Shown: positions 9,232 through 18,711, counted from the first letter of the stretch. The stretch: DNA of 64,000 nt from an uncultured bacterium (GCA_964397565.1 CAYNJC010000017.1:15753-79752); one strand, 5' to 3'. Translations and numbers: made by a program. The notes: generated by a model from the letters alone, not told the origin.

Positions 9232-11127
9232 ATGCGCATCACTTTTTTACTCATGCTCGCCGTGCTGCTGGTGCTGGTCGGCTGCTCCAAGCCGGACAGC
9301 GAGGCCACGCTTGCCTACAAACAGGCCCAGACTCTGCGCGATCAGGAGAAATACCAAGATGCGATTCGCCTGTATCGGCGCGCCATCGAGCTCGATCCCG
9401 CCTTTGACAAATCGTACCTCGATCTGGCCCAGACCTACGAGGGCTTGGGCGACAATCAAAGCGCCGCCGAGATGTACCGCAAATTCATCGAGGTGACCCA
9501 GAACGCCCAGATGCGCGAGAAGGCCGGCAGTTTTCTCGAAGAAGTGCAAGCCGCGGTGGACGAGGCCGCCCGCGACCAGCAAGCCGGCAGCGCGGCGCAG
9601 TTGTCGCCGCAAATGAAACTGTTGGTTGACCAGGCGGTGGCCAAGGAGCGCGCCCGCCTGCAAAAGGAATTCAGCGCCAAGCAGACCAGCACGACTGGTG
9701 GCGCCAAGGATACTGACAATTTGCGCGCCGAGCTCATCAAGACCACCACCGCCAACGAGGAACTCGAGTCAAAGATTGCGGCCCTGCAGACGGAACGCGA
9801 TCGCCTCAGCAAGTCCCACGAGGAATTGCGCGGCCAGGCTGACGTCGCCGAACTGCTGCAATCGCCGCTCTTCAAAGGCAATGACAAGGAATTGATGCAA
9901 AACCTGCTGCGTACCAAGACCGAGCTCGATCAAATGCACGCGCAACTGGCCCAGCAAAGCCAGCAACACCAGAAAGAAGCCGAGCAAACGGTCAAGCTCA
10001 AACAGCAGTTGATCGAGCTGCAACGCGGCGGTTCATCGGCTTCCACTGAGCTGCAAAGCAAACTCAGCGACCTCGAAGCCCAGAATCGCACGCTGGCGCA
10101 ACAAGTCAGCCTGCTGCAAGGCGGTGCCGCGCCGGCCGCGGCGGTGGGTGCATCCGCCAATCCCGCCGCGCTCCAGAAGCTGCAGCAGCAAGTCACGCAG
10201 CTCACGCAAGAAAAGCAGCAAGCGATCACGGCCCAACAAAATGCCGAAACCTTGCTGGCCAGCCTGAAACGCCAGACCGATGACATTCTAGCCGCCATGC
10301 GCACGGATGCCAGTCGCGATCCCTTGAGCGACAACCGTCGCCTGCGCCTGCAGATCGCCAAAATGGTCTCGCAAAATAATGAGTTGACCAGCAAACAGGC
10401 GGTCACCGAACAACGCGCCCAGGCGCTCGAAGCGCAACTGCAGAAAATGCAGACCCTGCCGCAGAATGCGCAAGACTTGGCCGCGCCAGAATTCTCCGAC
10501 CTGTCGGATGAAATCGTCAAAATGCAGAAGACCATCGCGGCCCAACGCACCCTGCTGGCGCAGCGCGACGCACAAGTGACGTCGCTCTCGGAGCAGGCGC
10601 GCACGCGGGATGCCGTCGCCGCGCCCGACCAACACGTGCGCACCTTGGTTGACGACCTCAATACGCAACTAGCCCGCCAGCAAGAGCAGATCACCCTGTT
10701 GACCCGCGCCAACGCCGACTTGCGCGCCGGCGCGCAAACCAGCGCGGCGACCACCCGCCTGAACGACCTGCAAACCGCGCGCCCGACCACGCCGACTACC
10801 ACCCGCGCTGATGACCAATTCGCGCCGCCCATCAGCGCAACCGCCAGCCGGACCGCGAGCACTACCACGCCCGCGCCGGTCACGCCCACCGCGCCGGCGC
10901 GCCCGACCAGCGTCCGCAGCACAATTCCCGAGGCCACCCGCACCACCGGCCGCGCGCCACGCGCCTACCGTGTTCGCGCCGGTGACACCCTCGCCGGCAT
11001 TGCCGAACGCGTCTATGGCGACCGTGGCAAATGGACGGTTATTTATCGCTACAATCGCGCGCTGCTCCCGCGCGCCAACGCCTTGCGCGAAGGCCAAGTG
11101 CTCTACATTCCGCCGCTGCCGCAGTGA
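9232..11127 (+). CDS. Lipoprotein with N-terminal TPR, long Gln/Leu-rich coiled coil, Pro/Thr-rich linker and C-terminal LysM domain
   Basis: MRITFLLMLAVLLVLVGCS lipobox. TPR (AIRLYRRAIELDPAFDKSYLDLAQTY). C-terminal YRVRAGDTLAGIAERVYGDRGKWTVIYRYNR...GQVLYIPP = LysM. Confidence 0.65.
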   Translation: MRITFLLMLAVLLVLVGCSKPDSEATLAYKQAQTLRDQEKYQDAIRLYRRAIELDPAFDKSYLDLAQTYEGLGDNQSAAEMYRKFIEVTQNAQMREKAGSFLEEVQAAVDEAARDQQAGSAAQLSPQMKLLVDQAVAKERARLQKEFSAKQTSTTGGAKDTDNLRAELIKTTTANEELESKIAALQTERDRLSKSHEELRGQADVAELLQSPLFKGNDKELMQNLLRTKTELDQMHAQLAQQSQQHQKEAEQTVKLKQQLIELQRGGSSASTELQSKLSDLEAQNRTLAQQVSLLQGGAAPAAAVGASANPAALQKLQQQVTQLTQEKQQAITAQQNAETLLASLKRQTDDILAAMRTDASRDPLSDNRRLRLQIAKMVSQNNELTSKQAVTEQRAQALEAQLQKMQTLPQNAQDLAAPEFSDLSDEIVKMQKTIAAQRTLLAQRDAQVTSLSEQARTRDAVAAPDQHVRTLVDDLNTQLARQQEQITLLTRANADLRAGAQTSAATTRLNDLQTARPTTPTTTRADDQFAPPISATASRTASTTTPAPVTPTAPARPTSVRSTIPEATRTTGRAPRAYRVRAGDTLAGIAERVYGDRGKWTVIYRYNRALLPRANALREGQVLYIPPLPQ

Positions 11128-11143
11128 GCGGCGGCGGCCAACG

Positions 11144-11206
11144 TTTCAACTCTGAAATTTCAAATTTCAACTCTGAACTTTCAAATTTCAACTCTGAAAT
11201 TTCACC
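11144..11206. repeat. Tandem repeat 3 x 21 bp (tttcaactctgaaatttcaaa) in the spacer before gatC
   Basis: Units at 11144-11164, 11165-11185 and 11186-11206 differ at 1-2 positions. AT-rich against a GC-rich background. The 21-bp unit equals three heptamers. Confidence 0.9.
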
Positions 11207-11216
11207 TACGGCTGTC

Positions 11217-11501
11217 ATGATCTCCCACCGCGATGTTGCCTACCTCGCGCGACTCAGTCGCCTGGCCATGTCGGACGCCGACCTGGCCGTCTTTATGCCG
11301 CAGCTCCAGCAAATTCTCGCGTACATCGAACAGCTGCGCGCGCTGGACACGACCGGCATCGAGCCGACCGCGCATGTGCTGCCGCTGCGCAATGTCACGC
11401 GCGCGGATGACGTCGGCGAGTCCTTGCCGCAGGATGCCGCGTTGCAGTCCGCGCCGCATGCCGGCGACGGCTTCTTTCGTGTGCCCGCCGTGATTGAATA
11501 A
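11217..11501 (+). CDS. gatC: Asp/Glu-tRNA amidotransferase subunit C
   Basis: MISHRDVAYLARLSRLAMSDADL...YIEQL...DTTGIEPTAHV matches the GatC pattern. The stop overlaps the gatA ATG by 1 nt. The track ORF start at 11031 runs through the upstream gene and the repeat. Confidence 0.85.
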   Translation: MISHRDVAYLARLSRLAMSDADLAVFMPQLQQILAYIEQLRALDTTGIEPTAHVLPLRNVTRADDVGESLPQDAALQSAPHAGDGFFRVPAVIE

Positions 11502-12982
11502 TGGAGACCGTTGCAGATTTTCTGGTGGCGCTGCGGCGCGGCACCCTGTCCGCGCGCGAGGCGATCGAGCTTGCCCTGCTGCGCATTGCAGCATCCGACC
11601 CGGCCATTCGGGCATTTCTCTCGGTGCGCACCGACGAGGCGCGCGCACAGGCCGCGCGGGTTGACGAACAGCGGGCGCAGGGCGTGGCCGTCGGCCCGCT
11701 GGCCGGCCTGCCGTTCGGCGTCAAAGATGTCATCTGTGAGCGCGACCTCGAATGCACCTGCTGCTCGAAGATTCTGACCGGGTATCGCCCGCCCTACAAC
11801 GCCACGGTTATCGAACGCCTGCGCGCTGCCGGCGCCATTCCCGTCGGTCGGCTTAACATGGATGAATTTGCGATGGGCTCATCCACTGAGCACAGCGCGT
11901 TTCACCCCACGCGCAATCCTTGGGATACGACCCGCATTCCGGGTGGTTCGAGCGGCGGCTCGGCCGCGGCAGTCGCCGCGCGCATGACGCCCATGACGCT
12001 CGGCTCGGACACGGGCGGCTCGATTCGCCAACCCGCCGCGCTCTGTGGCGTGACCGGCTTGAAACCCACCTATGGCCGCGTCTCGCGCTACGGCCTGGTT
12101 GCCTATGCGTCGTCGCTGGATCAAATCGGTCCGCTGGCGCTCTCGGCCGAGGATGTGGCGTTGGTGCTGCCGCACCTCGCCGGCCATGATCCACAGGATT
12201 CCACATCCGCCGCAGTGCCCGTGCCCGATTATGTCGCCGGCCTCAGCGGTGACATCCGCGGGCTGCGCGTGGGTGTGCCGAAAGAATATTTCGTGGCCGG
12301 TCTCGACCAGGAAGTCCGGCACGCGGTGCAGGCTGCCATTGCCCGGCTTGGTGCCCTGGGCGCGCGGGTCGAGGAAGTATCGCTGCCGCACACCGAGTAT
12401 GCGATCGCCACCTATTATGTCGTCGCGACGGCCGAGGCCAGCTCGAATCTGGCGCGCTATGACGGCATTCACTACGGCGCCTGCGCCGCCGACACCCAGA
12501 ATCTGCTCGAGGTCTACACCAACACGCGCCGCCAGTTCTTTGGCGACGAAGTCATCCGCCGCATTATGCTGGGCACGTATGTGCTCAGCGCCGGCTACTA
12601 TGACGCCTACTATCTCAAAGCCCTCCAAGTGCGCACCTTGATCAAACGCGATTTTGACGCGGCCTTCGAAAAGGTGGATGTGCTGGTCACGCCGACCAGC
12701 CCGACGCCGGCGTTCACACTGGGCGAGCGCACGGCCGATCCGCTGCAGATGTATCTGGCCGACATTTTCACGGTCAGTGTCAATCTGGCCGGCATACCCG
12801 GCTTGAGCATTCCCTGCGGCTTTTCTGAAAAGGGCCTGCCGATCGGCCTGCAACTGCTGGCCAAGCCGTTTGACGAGGCCACGCTGCTGAAGGTTGGCCA
12901 TGCCTACCAATGCGCGACCGACTATCACACCCGCCGCCCGGCAATCTGCACCGACTTGTTTGACGAAGAGGCTAAAGAGTAG
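11501..12982 (+). CDS. gatA: Asp/Glu-tRNA amidotransferase subunit A (amidase signature)
   Basis: GLPFGVKD, GGSSGGSAAAVAA, GSDTGGSIRQPAA amidase-signature blocks over the full 493 aa. Confidence 0.92.
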   Translation: METVADFLVALRRGTLSAREAIELALLRIAASDPAIRAFLSVRTDEARAQAARVDEQRAQGVAVGPLAGLPFGVKDVICERDLECTCCSKILTGYRPPYNATVIERLRAAGAIPVGRLNMDEFAMGSSTEHSAFHPTRNPWDTTRIPGGSSGGSAAAVAARMTPMTLGSDTGGSIRQPAALCGVTGLKPTYGRVSRYGLVAYASSLDQIGPLALSAEDVALVLPHLAGHDPQDSTSAAVPVPDYVAGLSGDIRGLRVGVPKEYFVAGLDQEVRHAVQAAIARLGALGARVEEVSLPHTEYAIATYYVVATAEASSNLARYDGIHYGACAADTQNLLEVYTNTRRQFFGDEVIRRIMLGTYVLSAGYYDAYYLKALQVRTLIKRDFDAAFEKVDVLVTPTSPTPAFTLGERTADPLQMYLADIFTVSVNLAGIPGLSIPCGFSEKGLPIGLQLLAKPFDEATLLKVGHAYQCATDYHTRRPAICTDLFDEEAKE

Positions 12983-12999
12983 TAAGAGACTGCCATATT

Positions 13000-13404
13000 A
13001 TGCCAGGACACACACCCATAGATGATCTCTGCGAGCACATTATCGGCGCGTGCATCGAAGTGCACAAGCACCTCGGTCCCGGATTGCTAGAAACAGTGTA
13101 TCATGAAGCCCTGAAAGTGGAGTTTGACTTGCGCAAGCTGGGCTACATCCACGAGTATCCTATTGAAGGATCTTTCAAAGGTGTGCCGCTGGGCACCGTA
13201 TACCGCTGCGATTTCTTGATTGCCGAACAAGTGCTTCTGGAAGTCAAGTCAATCGAGCAATTGAAAGCGATTCATGTGGCGATCGCCATCAACTATGCAA
13301 CCCTTGCGAAAAAGCCAACATGTCTGCTGATTAATTTCATGGAATTGAAATTAGTGCAAGGCATCAAACGTGTTTTTCCGTCAAGATCATTTGACGCTCT
13401 ATAG
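13000..13404 (+). CDS. GxxExxY family protein (PD-(D/E)XK fold)
   Basis: IIGACIEVHKHLGPGLLETVYHEAL (GxxExxY), then YRCDFLIAEQVLLEVKS (D...ExK). Visibly AT-richer than gatA and gatB, between which it sits. Confidence 0.8.
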   Translation: MPGHTPIDDLCEHIIGACIEVHKHLGPGLLETVYHEALKVEFDLRKLGYIHEYPIEGSFKGVPLGTVYRCDFLIAEQVLLEVKSIEQLKAIHVAIAINYATLAKKPTCLLINFMELKLVQGIKRVFPSRSFDAL

Positions 13405-13440
13405 CCCTCTTGCCTCTCTTTAACCTCTTCGTTAATAACT

Positions 13441-14904
13441 ATGGCGCAGTATGAAGCAGTGATTGGCCTCGAGGTGCACGTGCAGCTGAACACGGCGACC
13501 AAGCTGTTCTGCCGCTGCCGCAACCACTTTGGCGACCCGCCCAACACCAACGTCTGCCCGGTCTGCCTCGGCCTGCCGGGCGCGCTGCCAGTCGTCAATC
13601 AACAGGCGGTCGCGCATGCCGTCCAGACGGGTCTGCTGCTGAACTGCACCATCGCCGCGTTCTCGAAATTCGACCGCAAACATTATTTCTATCCCGATCT
13701 GCCCAAGGCCTATCAGATTTCACAATATGATCTGCCGGTCTGCCGCGCCGGCTGGCTGGAAATCCTGCTGGCCGGGCAATCGCTGCGGATCGGCATCACC
13801 CGCGTGCACATGGAAGAGGACGCCGGCAAACTCATTCATGACGAAGGCGCCGGCACCAGCTTGGTGGACTTGAACCGCACCGGCACACCGCTGCTTGAAA
13901 TCGTCAGTGAACCGGAGCTGCATTCGCCCGACGCCGCGTATGCCTATCTGGCCACGCTCAAACAACTGATCTCTTATCTGGGCGTCAGCGACTGCAACAT
14001 GGAAGAGGGTAGCTTGCGCTGTGACGCCAATGTCAGTGTGCGCCCGGTCGGCGTCACCACCCTTGGCACCAAAGTTGAAATCAAGAACCTGAACTCGTTC
14101 AAGGGCGTGCACAAAGCGCTGACCTATGAGATCGAGCGCCAAACCAAGGCCATCGCCGCCGGCCAGCCCATCGTGCAGGAAACACGCCTGTTCGATGCCG
14201 CGCAGGACAAGACGTTCTCCATGCGCAGCAAGGAAGAAGCCCACGATTATCGCTATTTTCCCGATCCCGACCTGGCGCCGATGACCTTCAGCGCGGCGCA
14301 AATTGAGGCCGCGCGCGCATCCTTGCCGGAACTGCCGCATGTCCGCAAGGAACGCTTCATCACCCAGTTCGCGCTGTCCGACTATGATGCCACGCTCCTC
14401 ACCAGCGCGCGCGCCATGGCCGAGTATTTCGAGGCCACCGTGCAGGCCGGCGCATCCGGCAAAGCCGCCGCCAACTGGATCGCCAACAATCTGCTGACCG
14501 CGCTCAATGCCGCGCACCTCACCCTGGGGCAGTGCCGCATTACGCCGGCCCAGCTCGCGGACATGATCGCCCTGGTCGGCAGCAACGCGATCAGCAGCAC
14601 CAATGCCAAGAATGACGTCTTTCCGGCCATGTTCGCCAGCGGCGCGGCACCGCAGACAATCGTCGACGAGAAGGGCTTGCGGCAAGTGTCGGACAGCACC
14701 CAGATTGATGCGTGGGTGCGCGCCGCGCTTGCAGAAAACCCGGAGGTCGTGGCCGCCCTCAAGACCGGCAAAGCTAAGGCGGCCGGCAAACTAGTCGCGG
14801 CGGTCATGCGCCTCAGCCAGGGCAAAGCCAATCCGGCCCTGGTCAACCAGCGCATTGCCGCACTCACGCGTGCCTATCCGCCGCCGGCACAGGAACCGAC
14901 ATGA
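13441..14904 (+). CDS. gatB: Asp/Glu-tRNA amidotransferase subunit B
   Basis: YEAVIGLEVHVQLNT.TKLFC...CPVCLGLPGALPV...RVHMEEDAGK...NLNSF: canonical GatB. Confidence 0.92.
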   Translation: MAQYEAVIGLEVHVQLNTATKLFCRCRNHFGDPPNTNVCPVCLGLPGALPVVNQQAVAHAVQTGLLLNCTIAAFSKFDRKHYFYPDLPKAYQISQYDLPVCRAGWLEILLAGQSLRIGITRVHMEEDAGKLIHDEGAGTSLVDLNRTGTPLLEIVSEPELHSPDAAYAYLATLKQLISYLGVSDCNMEEGSLRCDANVSVRPVGVTTLGTKVEIKNLNSFKGVHKALTYEIERQTKAIAAGQPIVQETRLFDAAQDKTFSMRSKEEAHDYRYFPDPDLAPMTFSAAQIEAARASLPELPHVRKERFITQFALSDYDATLLTSARAMAEYFEATVQAGASGKAAANWIANNLLTALNAAHLTLGQCRITPAQLADMIALVGSNAISSTNAKNDVFPAMFASGAAPQTIVDEKGLRQVSDSTQIDAWVRAALAENPEVVAALKTGKAKAAGKLVAAVMRLSQGKANPALVNQRIAALTRAYPPPAQEPT

Positions 14905-15176
14905 ACAATGACATGAGTGTGTACGAGGCCATCATGCTGCTGTGCTTTGGCGCGGCCTGGCCGGTCTCGCTGTACAAGTCCTGGAAATCGCGCACCAATG
15001 CCGGCAAGAGCCTCTGGTTCCTGTTGATTGTGCTGACCGGCTATGTGGCCGGCTGCCTGCACAAGCTGACCTATGATTGCGATCCGATCGTGGCGCTGTA
15101 TGCGCTGAACGGCCTGCTGGTGGGCGCGGATGTGCTGCTGTACTGGCGCAATGCGCGCCTGGTGCGGGCGCACTGA
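14901..15176 (+). CDS. Small 3-TM membrane protein, PQ-loop/SemiSWEET-like (tentative)
   Basis: 91 aa with three hydrophobic spans. AAWPVSLYKSWKSRTNAGKSLWFLLIVL resembles the PQ-loop motif context, with WP in place of PQ. Its ATG overlaps the gatB stop (ATGA). Confidence 0.45.
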   Translation: MNNDMSVYEAIMLLCFGAAWPVSLYKSWKSRTNAGKSLWFLLIVLTGYVAGCLHKLTYDCDPIVALYALNGLLVGADVLLYWRNARLVRAH

Positions 15177-15487
15177 GAGCGCTGCAGCTATAGCAACAAC
15201 ACCAACGACTTGTCATCAACCCAAGATGGTTTCACGAAACCCATCCCGCACATCGGTTGTCTAATTGTCCATCTGCGCCGGCACATCGCGGCCAATCGGG
15301 CGATTCCAAAAACGGCGGGCGGAAATCGACCGGAGTCTGCTGGAACAAGACCAGGCAACGTGCACCATGATGCGGTACAGAGCGCGACTTGACAGATAAA
15401 AGATAAAATGGTACCCTAATATAGTTTACTTATCCCCGCGGACGTGACACCTCGGCGCACCCCGCTTCATGATGACCCGCTTGACCA

Positions 15488-17791
15488 ATGGACAAGAAAT
15501 ACTTCCTCGGTATTGATATCGGCTCGACCACGCTGAAAGCCGTCCTGCTGACGCGCAAAGGCAAAGTCCATCATACCTTGTACCGCCGCACGCGCCCGCT
15601 GCCCGACGCGCTGCTCAGCTGCACCGGCCAGTGCCATCGCTGTGGCGCCTGCAACTTCGGTGCGCTCTCCAAGACCATCGACGAGTTTCTGGCCGGGGCC
15701 GGCACCGGGCGCAAGGATGTGGCTGCCACGATCGTGACCGGCAGCCAGATCGTGGATGAGCTGAAACGCTTCCTCGAATACGATGCCTACGTGAGCGAAG
15801 TCTCGGCCCATGTCGCCGGCGCGCGACATTACTATCCCGACTGCAAGGCGATCCTGGATGTGGGCGGGCAGGACAGCAAGGCGATGCTGTTCAACGAACG
15901 GATGCAGATGTGGATGTCGAAGATGAGTGGCATTTGCGCCGCCGGCACGGGCGCGTTTCTCGACAGTGTCGCCGTCAAGCTGGACGTGCCGGTCGAAGAA
16001 ATGGCCGAGCGCGTCAACTATGATTCCGAGCTCCAAGTGTCGTCGATCTGCGCGGTCTTGAGTGCCACGTCGGTCAACAAGTTCAAGAACCGGTATCCGC
16101 TCGGCGATGTGATCGCGGCGGCCTGCCGCGCACAGGCGCGCACGGTCATGTCGGGCGTCGGCGAGATTTTCCTGGACTACAAGGGTGACATTGTTTTTCA
16201 AGGCGGGGTGGCCTCAAATCGTGCCGTGGCCTATTACCTCAACCAGATTACGGGCAACAAGATTGTCATTCCGGAATTTCACCAGGTGATGGGCGCGCTG
16301 GGCGCCGCCTGCCTGGCGCGCGATCTGAGTGACATGGCCGGCGCGAAGCACGCCGCGCTGCGCGTCTTCGACATCAAACGGCGCTTCCGCATCTCCCTGC
16401 CCGAATTTCACGACGTCATTGATGCCGTCGGCGACGCCGGCCTGAAACGCGAAGTCTTCAAGCTGCGCGACAAGTTGATTGTGCGCAAGACACCGGATGG
16501 CAAGGAAAAAATCGGCATCCCCGAATTTCAACAAGTGCGCGATGCCTTCACCGATCCCAAACTCGCGCACGAATTCGGCAAACTGATTGACCGCTTGACC
16601 GCGCGCTCGTCGATCAACAAGGCCGTCGCCCTGCGCACCAGATTCACGCGCAGCGACTTCCTCTCGCGCAACGGCAAGCCGATGGTCTGGCGCAATTTGT
16701 TTTACCCAGCCGAGCTGCTCAACGCGCTGGACGTGCGCATGTTGACGCTCGAGACCTACGCCGCCCTGCGCGGGCGCAGCCAGAAGAAACTGCGCCATTT
16801 CTTCGACCGCGCGGCCTGCAAGGGCTTCTCGGCCGAAACCTGCTCGTTCCTGCGCGTGCTCGAAGGCGATGAGCTCCTGCCCAAGGCCGATTTCGCGGTG
16901 ACCACCACGGAGCCGTGCCAGCAGGGCGAACGCATTTTCGCCGACCTGATCCGCTCGAACAACATCAGCGACCGCTACTACACGCTGCACACCCCCTTTC
17001 ATCATGACGAGCATGCCGTCGAGCAAATCGCGGCCGGCCTTGAAGAATCAACGCGGCGCATGGAACGCGCGCTCAATTTGAAATTGGACATGGGCCGCCT
17101 GCGCTACGCGTGCGAAGTGTCCAATCAAGCCCGTGCCTTCGCGATGAAATGCCATGAACTGCGTGCCGTCAGCCCGCCCTTGATTCGTGGCAGCGAATCG
17201 GTCATGTTCGCCAATATGTTCTCCCAATTATGGGGCAAGCCCGAAATGGTCGAGTTGCAACGGACCTTGCTCGAAGAGCTTGAAGAACGGCGCAGCGAGC
17301 TGCATGATGTTGCCATTGGCGACACACACCGCCTGGCCTGGCTGCATTTGCCGCCGTTCTACAGCTCACGCCTGATGGATTTCATCGAGCTGACCTGCAA
17401 CGCCCCGATTGTGACCGAGGAAGTGAACTATGTCGGCTGGGACGAGTTGAAGCCGGACGATCCGTACCGCAGTCTGGCGCGCAAGCTCCTGACGGTCGGC
17501 TTCCTCGATCCGCAACTGCGGGTGCAGCACATCTGCAACTACGCCATCAAGGCCAAACTCGACGGTTGTGTCCTGTACAGCCACATGTTCGGGCGCTGCT
17601 CGATGGCCGACACCAGCTTCATCAAACATTTGCGCGAAGAACTGCAGCAAGTGAGTGTGGCGCTGTTGGTGCTGGACGGCGACTGTCTCGATGAGACGAC
17701 CGATCCGTGCAGTACGCAGACCAAGGTCAGCTCATTTGTCGAGGCGCTCAACACCAAGAAATGCGGCAATCTGTTCGGCTACCACAAGTGA
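15488..17791 (+). CDS. BadF/BadG/BcrA/BcrD-type ATPase fused to a 2-hydroxyacyl-CoA dehydratase-like domain
   Basis: N-terminus FLGIDIGSTTLKAVLL...LDVGGQDSK (acetate/sugar-kinase-fold activase). The C-terminal ~370 aa resemble the dehydratase D-component. Inserted Cys cluster CTGQCHRCGACNFG. Confidence 0.7.
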   Translation: MDKKYFLGIDIGSTTLKAVLLTRKGKVHHTLYRRTRPLPDALLSCTGQCHRCGACNFGALSKTIDEFLAGAGTGRKDVAATIVTGSQIVDELKRFLEYDAYVSEVSAHVAGARHYYPDCKAILDVGGQDSKAMLFNERMQMWMSKMSGICAAGTGAFLDSVAVKLDVPVEEMAERVNYDSELQVSSICAVLSATSVNKFKNRYPLGDVIAAACRAQARTVMSGVGEIFLDYKGDIVFQGGVASNRAVAYYLNQITGNKIVIPEFHQVMGALGAACLARDLSDMAGAKHAALRVFDIKRRFRISLPEFHDVIDAVGDAGLKREVFKLRDKLIVRKTPDGKEKIGIPEFQQVRDAFTDPKLAHEFGKLIDRLTARSSINKAVALRTRFTRSDFLSRNGKPMVWRNLFYPAELLNALDVRMLTLETYAALRGRSQKKLRHFFDRAACKGFSAETCSFLRVLEGDELLPKADFAVTTTEPCQQGERIFADLIRSNNISDRYYTLHTPFHHDEHAVEQIAAGLEESTRRMERALNLKLDMGRLRYACEVSNQARAFAMKCHELRAVSPPLIRGSESVMFANMFSQLWGKPEMVELQRTLLEELEERRSELHDVAIGDTHRLAWLHLPPFYSSRLMDFIELTCNAPIVTEEVNYVGWDELKPDDPYRSLARKLLTVGFLDPQLRVQHICNYAIKAKLDGCVLYSHMFGRCSMADTSFIKHLREELQQVSVALLVLDGDCLDETTDPCSTQTKVSSFVEALNTKKCGNLFGYHK

Positions 17792-17981
17792 CCTGGATGC
17801 TGCCGCACCTCAGATACTATGGCCACGAATGGCTGCAAGTAACATTGAACATCGAACAGTAGGCGCAGCACCACCGTCGTGCGGCCCTTGGCCGCTTTAT
17901 AATTATCGCGCCGCGCGAGAATTTAGAAGACACGAACAAATCGCAGCACTGCATCCTTATTTGTTTTGCTGCCAAAATAAT

Positions 17982-18136
17982 TACTAATGAATGCGCTTAC
18001 TAGGTGTCATGCCAATTGTGGCCGCGGGCGCCTGCTTGGAGTCCCGCCAACGGCGCGGATGACCGCGGCTGCAGAAGCCGCCCTCACCGCGGGCGGCTAC
18101 AAGGACGCTGCAAAGTAGAAAGCGCATTCATTAGTA
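17982..18136. mobile_element. MITE-like element, copy A (155 bp, 16-bp perfect terminal inverted repeats)
   Basis: Starts tactaatgaatgcgct and ends agcgcattcattagta. Internal GC-rich hairpins (gccgccc..gggcggc). Same as 32155-32281 except for a 28-bp internal insertion. Confidence 0.7.
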
Positions 18137-18299
18137 ACGAAGAAATCGCAGAATCAGGCATTGTCTATTGTGCAGTCGCAGCATGCCGCACTTTGACAAC
18201 CAACAACCTGATTGCTGCTGCTGTTTTGTGTCTTGGCTGGCGTCTGCTAGTCCCGCCCTGTGGCGTGGATGTCTTGGGGGTTAATGCTGTTCTCGCTGC

Positions 18300-18329
18300 A
18301 TTGACTTTCCCCCTGCCTGTGTGCTATAC
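18300..18329 (+). promoter_or_regulatory. Putative promoter TTGACT-18-TGcTATACT
   Basis: TTGACT at 18300-18305, TATACT at 18324-18329 preceded by TG. Lies about 68 nt upstream of the 18397 ORF. Confidence 0.45.
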
Positions 18330-18396
18330 TCTCCCGTTCCGTAGCAGGTGCCTACCGACATTGGCATAATCGAACCTTCTCACACCGATCACAACC

Positions 18397-18711
18397 ATGC
18401 GGCCCGACAGCCCGGCACTTCACGCGCCCTCGTGCGACACGTTCCGCGCCGAACTCGACCGGCTGGTCGAACTGTTCAACCGCAATCTCAGCCTCCACAA
18501 GAGTCCCTCGTACAGCGAAGCACGCCTGCGCATGGACTTCCTCGACCCGTTCTTCCGCGCCCTTGGCTGGGACGTCGAAAACAAAGCCGGGCTGATCCCG
18601 CAGCACCGCGAAGTCGAAATCGAAAGCCGCACCCAGGTCGGCAGCCGCCAGAAACGCGCCGATTACCTCTTCCGCACTAAGAGCAATGAACTAACAGGAG
18701 AAACCCAATGA
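18397..18711 (+). pseudogene. N-terminal remnant of a type IIG restriction-modification / PglX-like enzyme
   Basis: ELDRLVELFNRNLSLHKSPSYSEARLRMDFLDPFFRALGWDVENK...RADYLFR is the typical N-terminal module of Eco57I/PglX-type enzymes. The frame then runs into unrelated AT-rich sequence and stops after 104 aa. Confidence 0.6.

Noticed and set aside
18004-18369. ORFs spanning the MITE-like elements (18004..18369 + and 32164..32460 +) that share the peptide GCRSRPHRGRLQGRC.
   Set aside because: The shared peptide is just the translated repeat. The ORFs diverge outside the element, they lack RBS signals, and copy A's 28-bp insertion is not a multiple of 3.
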